Source: Actinomycetota bacterium (lineage in GTDB: Bacteria > Actinomycetota > Acidimicrobiia > IMCC26256 > PALSA-555). From it: a stretch of DNA of 64,000 nucleotides. The stretch's first letter is position 1. Each line of letters opens with the position of its first letter. Under the pieces are notes generated by a model, which saw only the letters and a list, made by a program, of their open reading frames with translations, ran no database searches and was not told the DNA's origin. Shown piece by piece: positions 8,977-18,044 of the stretch. The DNA lies in contig VGBR01000002.1 of the NCBI GenBank assembly GCA_016870355.1, forward strand, positions 3,893 through 67,892. The letters run 5' to 3'. A program made the position numbers and the translations under genes.

Positions 8977-11277
8977 ATGGCCGAGTCCCAGGTCGGGCCC
9001 ACCACCCCGGTGGAGCTCGTCGAGGCGCTCTACGCCCGCTCTCCGGAGTGCGTGGAGACGGGGCGGCGTCGACTCGGCCGGCCCCTCACCTTCTCGGAGA
9101 AGGTGCTGTTCGCACACGCGGCGGACGCGGAGACCGTCGGCATCGAGCGTGGCGGCGACTACGCCGACTACCGGCCCGACCGGGTCGCGATGCAGGACGC
9201 CACCGCTCAGATGGCCTTGCTCCAGTTCATGACGGCGGGGCTGCCGAGCGTTGCGGTGCCCACGACGGTGCACTGCGATCACCTCATCCAGGCGCACGTC
9301 GGAGCCGACCGCGACCTGAAGCGCGCGATCGACACCAACGCCGAGGTCTACGACTTCCTCCGCAGCGTGTCCGCCAAGTACGGGATCGGCTTCTGGAAGC
9401 CAGGGTCCGGGATCATCCACCAGGTCGTGCTCGAGCAGTACGCGTTCCCCGGCGGGATGATGATCGGCACCGACAGTCACACGCCGAACGCCGGTGGCCT
9501 CGGCGTGGTCGCCATCGGTGTCGGCGGTGCCGACGCCGTCGACGTGATGGCGGGCTGGCCGTTCAACACGCGTGTTCCGCGTGTCATCGGTGTTCGCCTG
9601 ACGGGTCAGCTCTCAGGGTGGACCGCGCCGAAAGATGTGATCCTCAAGGTCGCGGGCATCCTCACCGTGAAGGGCGGTACCGGCGCGATCGTCGAGTACT
9701 TCGGGCCGGGCGCGTCGTCGATCTCCGCGACCGGCAAGGCGACGATCTGCAACATGGGTGCCGAGATCGGCGCGACGTGTTCGATCTTCGGCTACGACGA
9801 ACGGACGGCGGCCTACCTGCGCGCGACGAAGCGCGGTGACCTCGCGGACCTCGCTGACGGCTGTGGCGACTACCTGCGCTGCGACCCCGAGGTCGACGAA
9901 GACCCGGAGCGGTTCTTCGATCGCGTCATCGAGATCAACCTCGACGAGCTCGAGCCCCACCTCGTCGGTCCCCACACCCCGGACCTCGATCGCCCGATCT
10001 CGGAGGTCAAGGAGGCGGCCAAGAAGGAGGGGTACCCGCTCAAGATCTCGTACGCGTTGGTCGGGTCGTGCACCAACTCGTCCTACGAAGACATCGGCCG
10101 CGCTGCGCACGTCGCCCGCCAGGCGAAGGCGGCAGGCCTGAAGGTGCGCACGCCGCTGCTGATCACTCCGGGCTCCGAGCAGGTGCGGGCCACGATCAAG
10201 CGCGACGGGTACCTGAAGGATCTCGAAGCGATCGGCGCGACGGTGCTCGCCAACGCGTGCGGTCCGTGCATCGGTCAGTGGCGCCGCGACGACATGCAGC
10301 TCGGCATGCAGAACACGATCGTGTCGTCGTTCAACCGCAACTTCCCGCGGCGCAACGACGGGAACCCGTCCACGCTGTCGTTCATCGGGTCACCCGAGAC
10401 CGTGGTGGCGATGGCGCTCACCGGACGCCTCGATCACGACTTCCTGCGTGAACCGATCGAGACCGACGATGGTCGTGAGGTGATGCTCACCGCCCCAGTG
10501 GCTGAGGAGCTGCCGGCCAAGGGATTCGACCCGGGCAAGTCGGGCTTCGTCCCGCCCGCCAGCGACGGCTCGAAGGTCAAGGTCGTCGTGCAGCCCGACT
10601 CGGATCGCCTCGAGCTCCTCGACGCGTTCCCGGCATGGGACGGCAAGGACCTCAGCGCCTTGCGTGTGCTCATGAAGGCCGTCGGCAAGTGCACGACTGA
10701 CCACATCTCACCCGCAGGGCCCTGGCTCACCTACCGGGGGCACCTCACCAACATCTCGCAGAATCTCTTCACCGGCGTGAACAACGCGTTCGCGCCTGAC
10801 AACGCGGGCGATGGCGTCGACGCGCGCGACGGCTCAGTGAAGCCGCTGCCCGAGCTCGCGAAGGCGTACAAGGAAGCGGGAATCGGTTGGGTCGCGATTG
10901 GTGACGAGAACTACGGCGAAGGGTCTTCGCGTGAACACGCCGCGATGGAGCCACGCTTCATGAACGGGTGCGCCGTGCTCGTTCGCTCGTTCGCTCGCAT
11001 CCACGAGACCAACCTGAAGAAGCAAGGCGTGCTGGCCCTCACCTTCGCCGACCCGGCCGACTACGAGCTCTTCCGTGTCGACGACACCGTCGACATCATC
11101 GACCTTGCGTCGCTCGCGCCGGAACGCCCGGTACGCGTGGTCATCCACCACGCCGACGGCACGCGCGATAAGATCGAGACGACGCATACGATGTCCGACG
11201 AGCACATCGAGTGGTTCCGAGCTGGCTCGGCGTTGAACGTGCTCCGGGCCGAAGAAGCGGGAGGCGCGGGATCGTGA
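8977..11277 (+). CDS. acn: aconitate hydratase (about 766 aa, mitochondrial-type monomeric aconitase)
   Basis: Carries the Fe-S ligand and active-site motifs IGTDSHTPNAGG, ANACGPCIGQW and SFNRNFPRRNDG. The start is ATG 8977, preceded by GAGGAG. The track ORF start at 8773 runs through the repeat array. Confidence 0.93.
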   Translation: MAESQVGPTTPVELVEALYARSPECVETGRRRLGRPLTFSEKVLFAHAADAETVGIERGGDYADYRPDRVAMQDATAQMALLQFMTAGLPSVAVPTTVHCDHLIQAHVGADRDLKRAIDTNAEVYDFLRSVSAKYGIGFWKPGSGIIHQVVLEQYAFPGGMMIGTDSHTPNAGGLGVVAIGVGGADAVDVMAGWPFNTRVPRVIGVRLTGQLSGWTAPKDVILKVAGILTVKGGTGAIVEYFGPGASSISATGKATICNMGAEIGATCSIFGYDERTAAYLRATKRGDLADLADGCGDYLRCDPEVDEDPERFFDRVIEINLDELEPHLVGPHTPDLDRPISEVKEAAKKEGYPLKISYALVGSCTNSSYEDIGRAAHVARQAKAAGLKVRTPLLITPGSEQVRATIKRDGYLKDLEAIGATVLANACGPCIGQWRRDDMQLGMQNTIVSSFNRNFPRRNDGNPSTLSFIGSPETVVAMALTGRLDHDFLREPIETDDGREVMLTAPVAEELPAKGFDPGKSGFVPPASDGSKVKVVVQPDSDRLELLDAFPAWDGKDLSALRVLMKAVGKCTTDHISPAGPWLTYRGHLTNISQNLFTGVNNAFAPDNAGDGVDARDGSVKPLPELAKAYKEAGIGWVAIGDENYGEGSSREHAAMEPRFMNGCAVLVRSFARIHETNLKKQGVLALTFADPADYELFRVDDTVDIIDLASLAPERPVRVVIHHADGTRDKIETTHTMSDEHIEWFRAGSALNVLRAEEAGGAGS

Positions 11278-11747
11278 CCCGTGAGCGCTGGATCATCGGA
11301 GCGCTGATCGGGATCCTCGTCGCCGCGGGTACGGTGCTCGCGTTGAGCGGTGACGACGGCGGCAGTGACGTGGCGATCGACCCGGCCAACACGACCAGCA
11401 CCTCGGTGACGACGACGACGCTCGCGACAACGACGACCGTTGGCGGTTCACCGCCTGTCACCGTCGGGATCATCTGCACCACGCCCGAAGAGGCCGCGAT
11501 GACGTTCGTCGACGCGTGGATCGACGGCGATCAGGCGGCTGCGGCGCGGTGTGCGACAGAGGCGGCGGTCACGACGATGTTCCAGACCACTGGCGCCGGC
11601 GCCCAGTACACGTGGCAGGGCTGTCATGGTGACCCCGGGATGCCCACGTGCTCCTACACCTACGAAGGCGGCGCGGTGAACCTCGCGTTGGGCGGCACGG
11701 AAGCAGCCGGGTGGAAGGTGCAGTCGGTCAGCTACATCGCCGACTGA
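11274..11747 (+). CDS. hypothetical membrane-anchored/secreted protein (Thr-rich linker plus small 4-Cys domain)
   Basis: The GTG at 11274 overlaps the acn stop (GTGA). It has a TM helix (WIIGALIGILVAAGTVLAL) and a TTSTSVTTTTLATTTTV linker. I recognise no family. Confidence 0.55.
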   Translation: MTRERWIIGALIGILVAAGTVLALSGDDGGSDVAIDPANTTSTSVTTTTLATTTTVGGSPPVTVGIICTTPEEAAMTFVDAWIDGDQAAAARCATEAAVTTMFQTTGAGAQYTWQGCHGDPGMPTCSYTYEGGAVNLALGGTEAAGWKVQSVSYIAD

Positions 11748-13090
11748 ATGAGCACTCCAAGTTGCTCGCTCGTTGGTTCGGCACAACAGAACCATGGCTC
11801 AGTGAGTCGTGGTGCCACCGTGACCGCGTCGACCGACAACCCGAGACGTTCGAGCCCACACGCGCGTCGTAGCTCTTCGTAGATCGACACTCCGTCGTCG
11901 CCATCGGCGAGGCGCGACTCGACGAGCGAGGCGAGTTGCGCCTGGAGGGCGTCCATCTCCGGGTCGGCCGAGGTCCACGCGTACGACGAGCGCTTGACGT
12001 CGTACTCCCCGAGATGTGGGGCGAGATCGGGATGACCGAGCAGCAACGAACCCTCCGGGAGGAGCAACCGGATCGTGTACTGCACGGGATCGACGTTGCC
12101 CACGAGGTCGTGCTCGGCCACGAAGTCGAGCAGCGCTTGGATCTGGCCAAGCGTCGTCCACGGTGTGAACGGCATCCACGACGGTCGGACCTCGATCCCG
12201 TGCGTACGCAGCAGCTCGACCGCGGCTCCGGCGTCGGCGGTGGTATGACCCTTGTCGAGCCGAGCGAGGGTCGCGTCGTCGACCGACTCGAATGCCGACA
12301 CCACGAACATGCAGCCAGACGCGGCGATCTCGGGCCACAGGTCGGCGTGCTCGAGCACGTGCTCGACCTTGACCGTGCAGTCGAAGGTGAGGTCGGGATG
12401 ACGCTCGTGGAGCGCACGAACGACGCGCATGGAGTGATGGGCACCGTTCAGGAAGTCGGGATCTCCGAACGTGAGGTGGCGCGCGCCGGCCGCAACCTGT
12501 TGATCTGTATCGGCGATGACCGCATCGAGATCGACGATTCGGATGCGGCCGTCGTAGACCACCGGAACCGGGCAATGACGGCAACGGTGCGCGCACCCGT
12601 GACTGGCTTCGACGTAACCAGCGAGGCGTTGCTCGCCGTGGATTGCGAAGCGAGCGTACTGGTCGATCGGCGGCAGAAGATCGCGAGCGGGTCGTGCACC
12701 CCCGCTCGCGGCCTCGCGACCGAGGTGGATGACCACGTCGTCGTCATCGCCGTCGATCCAACCGGTCAACGCCGCGTCCGCTTCTCCGCCGAGGGCGCGG
12801 TCGGCCACGTCGGCCATGACCGGTCCGTACAAGCCAAAGCAGGCGATCGACAGGTCCGGCCTTGCATCGCGTACGAGGGTGATTGCTTCTCGGGCGACGC
12901 GCATCGCCGTGTGCATGGGCACCGAGAACGCGACGCGGTCTGCCCACGTCACGAGCTCGGCATCCCATGGCTCAATCGAGAGATCGAGACAACGAACGTC
13001 ATGACCGCGGTCACGGAGCGCTCCGGCCGGGCGTGCCACGTTGAGTGGCTGATGACCCAGCTCGTAGGTCGAGATGAGGAGGACGCGCAC
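11732..13090 (-). CDS. B12-binding-domain radical SAM protein with C-terminal CCAEP tail
   Basis: Carries the CAHRCRHC (CX3CX2C) radical SAM cluster motif and an N-terminal Rossmann/B12-like domain. The tail is TEPWFCCAEPTSEQLGVLIQSAM. This matches my recollection of the CUAEP/CCAEP-tail radical SAM (seleno)protein family. Confidence 0.8.
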   Translation of the reverse strand: MRVLLISTYELGHQPLNVARPAGALRDRGHDVRCLDLSIEPWDAELVTWADRVAFSVPMHTAMRVAREAITLVRDARPDLSIACFGLYGPVMADVADRALGGEADAALTGWIDGDDDDVVIHLGREAASGGARPARDLLPPIDQYARFAIHGEQRLAGYVEASHGCAHRCRHCPVPVVYDGRIRIVDLDAVIADTDQQVAAGARHLTFGDPDFLNGAHHSMRVVRALHERHPDLTFDCTVKVEHVLEHADLWPEIAASGCMFVVSAFESVDDATLARLDKGHTTADAGAAVELLRTHGIEVRPSWMPFTPWTTLGQIQALLDFVAEHDLVGNVDPVQYTIRLLLPEGSLLLGHPDLAPHLGEYDVKRSSYAWTSADPEMDALQAQLASLVESRLADGDDGVSIYEELRRACGLERLGLSVDAVTVAPRLTEPWFCCAEPTSEQLGVLIQSAM

Positions 13091-13124
13091 GCAACCAGCC
13101 TACGACGGCGCGAAACGGACTCGG

Positions 13125-14312
13125 TCAGGTGATCGCTACGTCGAGTGCCGCGTGGGCCGCTCGAAGCGCCGATTCGACTTCGTCCGGTGTGTCGGCGCGC
13201 GCGAACAGGAAACCGAGATAGCGGTCGCCATCGGGCAACGGTTGCACCTCGCGTCCGATCGGGATCGTGATCTCGAGGCCGACGATCCCCGGTACCGCTC
13301 GTGCATCGTCTTGGCCGTTCACTGCCGAGAGTCGACCGGCGCGCGGGATCGGCAGCATCATCACGCCAGAGGCGGTCGACTCACGAGCCAAGTCGCCCAG
13401 ATCTCGTCCGAGCGCATGGCGCAGGATCACCTCCTCGAGGCTGATGCCGGCGCCGAACCGCAGTGCCCGCGCACACAAGCCGCCAATCGAACGCGCGGCA
13501 ACCTCGAGAACCCACACTCGGTGATCGTGCACACGAACCTCAGCGTGGATGGGACCCTCACGTAGGCCGAGTGCGGTCGCCGCATCGGTCACGACCCGTT
13601 CGATGTCGCGCGCGGTCGCGTCGTCGAATCGGGCCGGGGTGACGTAGATGGTCTCTTCGAAGTACGGACCTTCCAAGGCGTCGGGCTTGTCGAACATCGC
13701 GAGCACTTCGAGCTCGCCATCACGAAGGAGTCCTTCCAGTGCGAGCTCATCGCCCGGCACGTACTCCTCGACCAGGAGCGTTCCACCGGCGGCGATGTCG
13801 CTGGCGCGTCGGGCGGCAGCCCGGGCTTCGTCGGCGTCGTTCGCACGGATCACCCCGCGACTTGCAGACAGACGGCTCGGTTTCACGACGCACGGGAAGC
13901 CGATCGATGGAACGTCGTCAGGATCTTCGAAGATGGCGAAGCGCGGCTGTGGCACCTCGCCGGCCTCGAGCGCGAGGCGCATCGCGGCCTTGTCCCGCGT
14001 GCGGGCGGCGGCGTCGGGAGGGTTGTGCGGGAAGCCGAGGACCTCACCGGCGTGCGCGGCGACGAGCACGCCCTGGTCGTCGACCGCCACCACGGCGTCG
14101 ATTCCGTGGCGCGCGTCGAGCTCCTCGATGGCCGCGGCACCCGCGCTCGGGTCGTCGAGCGTCACCACCACCGCGCGGTCGCCCATCGTGTCGGCCAAGA
14201 TCGGGCGCTCCTCCGATGCGACGACGACCTCGACGCCCAATTCGCGTGCGGCATCGATGAAGTCGGCGGCCCGGTAGGTGGCCGTCGGCAGGAGGAGTAG
14301 GACCCGGGTCAT
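13125..14312 (-). CDS. ATP-grasp domain protein (carboxylate-amine ligase-like)
   Basis: The internal ATG at 14312 (MTRVLLLLPTATY...) gives 396 aa with an ATP-grasp layout (FPCVVKPSRLSASRGV, LLVEEYVPGDE, HAEVRV). The 599-aa track ORF upstream part is Ser/Ala/Pro-rich and looks non-coding. Confidence 0.8.
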   Translation of the reverse strand: MTRVLLLLPTATYRAADFIDAARELGVEVVVASEERPILADTMGDRAVVVTLDDPSAGAAAIEELDARHGIDAVVAVDDQGVLVAAHAGEVLGFPHNPPDAAARTRDKAAMRLALEAGEVPQPRFAIFEDPDDVPSIGFPCVVKPSRLSASRGVIRANDADEARAAARRASDIAAGGTLLVEEYVPGDELALEGLLRDGELEVLAMFDKPDALEGPYFEETIYVTPARFDDATARDIERVVTDAATALGLREGPIHAEVRVHDHRVWVLEVAARSIGGLCARALRFGAGISLEEVILRHALGRDLGDLARESTASGVMMLPIPRAGRLSAVNGQDDARAVPGIVGLEITIPIGREVQPLPDGDRYLGFLFARADTPDEVESALRAAHAALDVAIT

Positions 14313-14415
14313 GGGTCGTATCATGGGCGCCAGAGCGAACGTCCGCGGCGCAGGTACCCTGCGCCGCAGTGAGCGGGGCCTAGCGGCCCGGCCCGTAGGG
14401 CCAGGAGCGAAAGAG

Positions 14416-15042
14416 ATGACTGATCTCGCGGAGCAGATCGTCACGCTCACCGACGCGGCGCGCACGAAGATCCTCGAGGTACGGGCGTCGGAGACCGACG
14501 CCGACTCGCTGGCGCTCTGGATCGAGGTCAGCGGCGAATCGGGTGGGGCGTACTCGTACACGATGGAGCTGCGACCGCTCGCGGAGTCAGAGGCCGAGGG
14601 GATCGTGCAGCGCCACGACGACCTGTCAGTCGTGGTCGACCGCGACAGCGTCGAGAAGCTGTCGGGTGCCACGCTCGACTTCACCGGTGCCGGCATGGTG
14701 ATGCAGAACCCCAACCAACCGGCGCCCGCGGCGCCATGGGGCGATCGCCCGGCGCCCGACCTGTCGGGTGAGCTTCCGCAGCGGGTGCTCGCGGTGCTCG
14801 ACACCGAGATCAATCCCGCGATCGCCGCGCATGGTGGGTTCGCCGAGCTCGTCGCGGTCGAGGACGCAACCGCGTACGTGCGCATGGGCGGCGGCTGCCA
14901 GGGCTGTGGGATGGCCGCGGTCACGCTCAGTCAGGGCATCGAGGTTGCGATCCTCGACGCGGTTCCCGAGATCGAGAAGGTGATCGACGTCACCGACCAC
15001 GCATCGGGGACGAACCCCTACTACGAGGCCGCGAAGAAGTAG
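14416..15042 (+). CDS. NfuA-like Fe-S cluster carrier (IscA/HesB-like N-domain plus Nfu C-domain)
   Basis: The ATG at 14416 is preceded by AGGAG. The C-terminal Nfu motif GGGCQGCGMA is present. Confidence 0.8.
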   Translation: MTDLAEQIVTLTDAARTKILEVRASETDADSLALWIEVSGESGGAYSYTMELRPLAESEAEGIVQRHDDLSVVVDRDSVEKLSGATLDFTGAGMVMQNPNQPAPAAPWGDRPAPDLSGELPQRVLAVLDTEINPAIAAHGGFAELVAVEDATAYVRMGGGCQGCGMAAVTLSQGIEVAILDAVPEIEKVIDVTDHASGTNPYYEAAKK

Positions 15043-15048
15043 TTCTCC

Positions 15049-15075
15049 CACGGGGAGGGCAAGCCCCTCCCCGTG
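15049..15075 (+). terminator. intrinsic-terminator-like hairpin after the nfuA-like gene
   Basis: cacggggaggg-caagc-ccctccccgtg forms an 11-bp perfect stem starting 7 nt after the stop. There is no T-tract, which is common in high-GC actinobacteria. Confidence 0.55.
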
Positions 15076-15116
15076 AGCCATCTCGGCGCGACCGCCGCCG
15101 TGAAGGGGTTGTCGAG

Positions 15117-15135
15117 CGGCGGCAAAGCCACCGTT
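15117..15135. repeat. inverted-orientation copy of the GGC-TTT-GCC hairpin core
   Basis: The reverse complement of cggcggcaaagccaccgtt is aacggtggctttgccgccg. Compare aacggcggctttgccgacc in the 70-bp unit. The stem is kept by compensatory changes. Confidence 0.35.
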
Positions 15136-15161
15136 CGGGCGCGCCGGCAGGTCGTGATCGA

Positions 15162-15896
15162 CTACGCGAAGCGTTTCGCGTCTTCAGCTGCGTACCGAGC
15201 AACTGTCGTGTCGGCGGCGGCGTTGTTCCGAATGCTCTCGAGAACCTCGGGAAGTCGGCTGGCAGGGATCGCGCACGTCATCTCGTGTGCCGACATGCCA
15301 GTACGGACGCGGCTCAGCGCACAGCCAACGCTTGCTGCGACCTCGCCTTCCTCCTTTGCCACCGCGACGATGTGACACTGCGGCTTGCCTTCGATGCGCA
15401 GGCCTGGCATGGCGTCGGAGAGCACCATCAGCTGCTTCGCGTTGAGGCGCAGCAGCACGACGTCGGGATCGATCGGGGTGTCGGCGAGGGGTCCATAGGT
15501 CACGGCGCCCGGGCGTTCACGAACGACCGGGATCTGCGGCACCACGTCCATCGTCACCCAGCCTGAATCGAGCAGGGCCGCGACGTCGGAGTTACCTGCG
15601 ACCTCATCGAGCGTCTTGAACCCGTGGGTCATGCTGCCGACGGAGCAGTTGGCGTGATCCTCTGCGACGGTGGAGAACGTCGCGTCGGCTGCGCGCATCC
15701 AGAACACGCATCCGGCGGGGACGCTGCCGGTGCGACCGTCGGGCATCGGCTCAGGCATCGGCGCGTCGAACATGTCGATGTCACGCGGGCGCACGTGCGA
15801 GAACGAGATCGCGATCGGCGCCGCGTTGAGGGCGAGCGCGTCCGAAACATCCTTCGAGAGCGTCGACCAGTCCTGTGAAGTGTCCATGAGGCTCAC
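15162..15896 (-). CDS. DUF169 family protein
   Basis: A 244-aa soluble Cys-containing protein. Its overall pattern (AISFS..., CVFW, CSVG, GKPQCH, C..S) matches my memory of COG2043/DUF169. It has a GTG start. Confidence 0.6.
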   Translation of the reverse strand: MSLMDTSQDWSTLSKDVSDALALNAAPIAISFSHVRPRDIDMFDAPMPEPMPDGRTGSVPAGCVFWMRAADATFSTVAEDHANCSVGSMTHGFKTLDEVAGNSDVAALLDSGWVTMDVVPQIPVVRERPGAVTYGPLADTPIDPDVVLLRLNAKQLMVLSDAMPGLRIEGKPQCHIVAVAKEEGEVAASVGCALSRVRTGMSAHEMTCAIPASRLPEVLESIRNNAAADTTVARYAAEDAKRFA

Positions 15897-15923
15897 ACTA
15901 GCGAGGTCCTCGGGCGACTTCGT

Positions 15924-16025
15924 TCAGCCGTGGCGCGCAACCTCAGCGTCGAGATCGAGCGGCGCGATCGGTGCCGCGTCGCGGACGTAGCGGACGGCAT
16001 GGCTGAGTCGCTGCACCGGGATCAT
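15924..16025 (-). CDS. candidate small ORF (33 aa) between the cysteine desulfurase and DUF169 genes
   Basis: The ATG at 16025 is preceded by GGAGG plus 4 nt. The product is MIPVQRLSHAVRYVRDAAPIAPLDLDAEVARHG. By eye, third-codon positions are mostly G/C, as in the real genes here. It is too short for the ORF track. Confidence 0.3.
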   Translation of the reverse strand: MIPVQRLSHAVRYVRDAAPIAPLDLDAEVARHG

Positions 16026-16069
16026 GGAACCTCCAACTGAAATCTCGACCCAACTGTTCCAAACCGGGG

Positions 16070-17215
16070 TCAGGTGCGGAGCGCTCGGAGCTTGGCGACG
16101 ACCTCGGGGAACGCGGTAGTGAACGCGTCGATGTCAGCATCTGTCGAGCTCCAGCCGACGGTGGCGCGCAGCGACTTGTCGGCGTCGACGCCCATGGCGG
16201 CGAGCACTGGCGACGGTTCGAGCGCCTCGCTGGAGCAGGACGAGCCCGAGTGCACCGACACGCCTCGCTGATCAAGACCGAGCAGCACCGGCTCGGCCTC
16301 GACGCCGCCGACGCTGATGCAGACGAGATGGGGGAGCCGCTCCTCGGGATCGCCGAGCTGGACGACGTCGTCGACCGTCAGCGCATCGCGGGCGAGCCGA
16401 TCGGTGAGAGCGCGCGCAGCGGATGCCTCACGCTCGAGCGCGTCTCCCGCGAGCTCGTGCGCCGCGGCGCCGAACCCGACGATCGCGGGGACGTCCTCGA
16501 TCCCGCCCCGGCGAGCGCGTTCCTGCGCGCCTCCGACGATCATCGGCGGCACCCGCAGACCCCGTCGGACCAACAGCGCGGCCGCGCCTTTGGGGCCGCC
16601 GAGCTTGTGCGCGGTGACCGAGCAGAGGTCGACGTCGAGCGCGGCGAAGTCCACGGGAACGTGTCCGGCGGCTGCGCACGCGTCGACGTGGACGAGCACG
16701 CCCTGCTCGCGCGCGGCTGCCGCGATGGCGGGGACGTCGTTCTGCAGCGTGCCGACTTCGTGGTTGGCGAGCTGCACCGATACCAGCGCGGTATCCGGCC
16801 GCAGTGCCGCGATCGCGTCGTCGGCTGCGACCCGGCCGAATCGATCGACGCCGACTTCGGTGATCTCGACATTGCTGCGGCGACACGCATCGAGGACGGC
16901 CGAGTGCTCGACGGCCGTCGTGACCACGTGCGGCCGCGCCGAGCCGTCGGCTTCGGTCGCCCGCGTGACCGCGCCCCAGATCGCGGTGTTCACCGACTCC
17001 GTGCCGGTTGCCGTGAACACGACCTCACGCGGGCGGGCGCCGAAGAGCGCAGCGACCTGCTCCCGCGCCTCTTCGATCGCGACCCGCGTGATCTTCCCGT
17101 CGCTGTGGACGCGGCCGGGGTCGGCAGCGTGCTCGCGCAGGAACGGGAGCATGGCGTCGAGCGCGGCGGCACGCAGCGGTGATGACGACGCGTGATCGAG
17201 GTAGACGCGAGGCAT
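16070..17215 (-). CDS. cysteine desulfurase (NifS/IscS-type class V aminotransferase)
   Basis: Carries the PLP-lysine motif SVTAHKLGGPKG and the active-site Cys loop HSGSSCSS. Confidence 0.9.
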   Translation of the reverse strand: MPRVYLDHASSSPLRAAALDAMLPFLREHAADPGRVHSDGKITRVAIEEAREQVAALFGARPREVVFTATGTESVNTAIWGAVTRATEADGSARPHVVTTAVEHSAVLDACRRSNVEITEVGVDRFGRVAADDAIAALRPDTALVSVQLANHEVGTLQNDVPAIAAAAREQGVLVHVDACAAAGHVPVDFAALDVDLCSVTAHKLGGPKGAAALLVRRGLRVPPMIVGGAQERARRGGIEDVPAIVGFGAAAHELAGDALEREASAARALTDRLARDALTVDDVVQLGDPEERLPHLVCISVGGVEAEPVLLGLDQRGVSVHSGSSCSSEALEPSPVLAAMGVDADKSLRATVGWSSTDADIDAFTTAFPEVVAKLRALRT

Positions 17216-17231
17216 CGAACCGACGAACGGA

Positions 17232-17990
17232 CTAGACGCGAGCGACGCAGTGGGCGTCGCCGTCGGGCCGGCTCGCCGCGAAGTGTGGTGACGTCTCGCC
17301 GTACAACCCGGCGAGCATCCCGCGGATCATCCCCCGGTCGAGCGCGCACACGACGTGCGGGTATCGCTGCGCGGTCTCGCCGAACGGACAGCACTCGGAG
17401 ACGATCGAGAGCTCGTTGCCCGTCCCTTCCGCGTGGGCCGCGAACCCGTGCGCGGTGAGCGCATCGGCAACTGCCGCCACGGCAGTGCGCGCGGAGCGAT
17501 GACCCGTCCCTGGCTCCATCCGTGCGGCGAGCGTCCGGCCGTAGTCGTACCCAACCTCATCGGCCAGGACCTCGGCTTGTTCCGGGCCGAGCGTGTCGAG
17601 CGCCCGCACGAGGAGGCTGGCGAGCACGTCGTCGTGCTTCAGCGGGAGCGCGAGCGCGTGGTCGGCGTCGGTGGCGCGATAACGCTTCGACGGCCGACCG
17701 GCCGGGCGCCCCCCCTCGGCCTTGGCGATGGCGACCGTCACGTAGCCGCCGCCCGTGAGCTTCTCGAGGTGGTGACGCGCCACGTTGGGGTGAAGCTCGA
17801 AGTGCTCGGCCACCTCGCTCGCGGTGACCCCCTCAGTAGAGGTCCGCACGAACAGGTAGATGTCGCGACGGGTCGGATCGCCGAAGGCGTTCGTGACCGC
17901 CGCGACCGCGGCAGTGAACTCCTCAGGAGTGAGGGACCGCTCAGCCTCGGCGTGTGACGCCGGTGTGACGGATGCGGGCTCCGAAATCAC
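17232..17990 (-). CDS. ArsR-family wHTH regulator with C-terminal Cys-rich sensor domain (SufR-like)
   Basis: Has the wHTH FGDPTRRDIYLFV...ASEVAEHFELHPNVARHHLEKL and C-terminal cysteines (SECCPFGE...VVCALD...AHC). I prefer GTG 17990, which leaves a 54-nt divergent spacer to mrp. The track ORF start at 18050 is the alternative. Confidence 0.7.
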   Translation of the reverse strand: MISEPASVTPASHAEAERSLTPEEFTAAVAAVTNAFGDPTRRDIYLFVRTSTEGVTASEVAEHFELHPNVARHHLEKLTGGGYVTVAIAKAEGGRPAGRPSKRYRATDADHALALPLKHDDVLASLLVRALDTLGPEQAEVLADEVGYDYGRTLAARMEPGTGHRSARTAVAAVADALTAHGFAAHAEGTGNELSIVSECCPFGETAQRYPHVVCALDRGMIRGMLAGLYGETSPHFAASRPDGDAHCVARV

Positions 17991-18044
17991 GAGCGGTATT
18001 CTACCTACGCCCGTAGTGGAAAATCCGCCCCCCGGAGGGGTCCC

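Noticed and set aside
11732-13090. Possible selenocysteine recoding in the CCAEP-tail radical SAM gene.
   Set aside because: The tail is encoded as Cys-Cys (TGC TGC) with no in-frame TGA, so this is the Cys form.
13125-14924. The 599-aa version of the ATP-grasp ORF.
   Set aside because: The N-terminal 200 aa are Ser/Ala/Pro/Arg-rich, low in complexity and antisense to the well-supported nfuA-like gene. The ATP-grasp fold starts at the internal ATG 14312.
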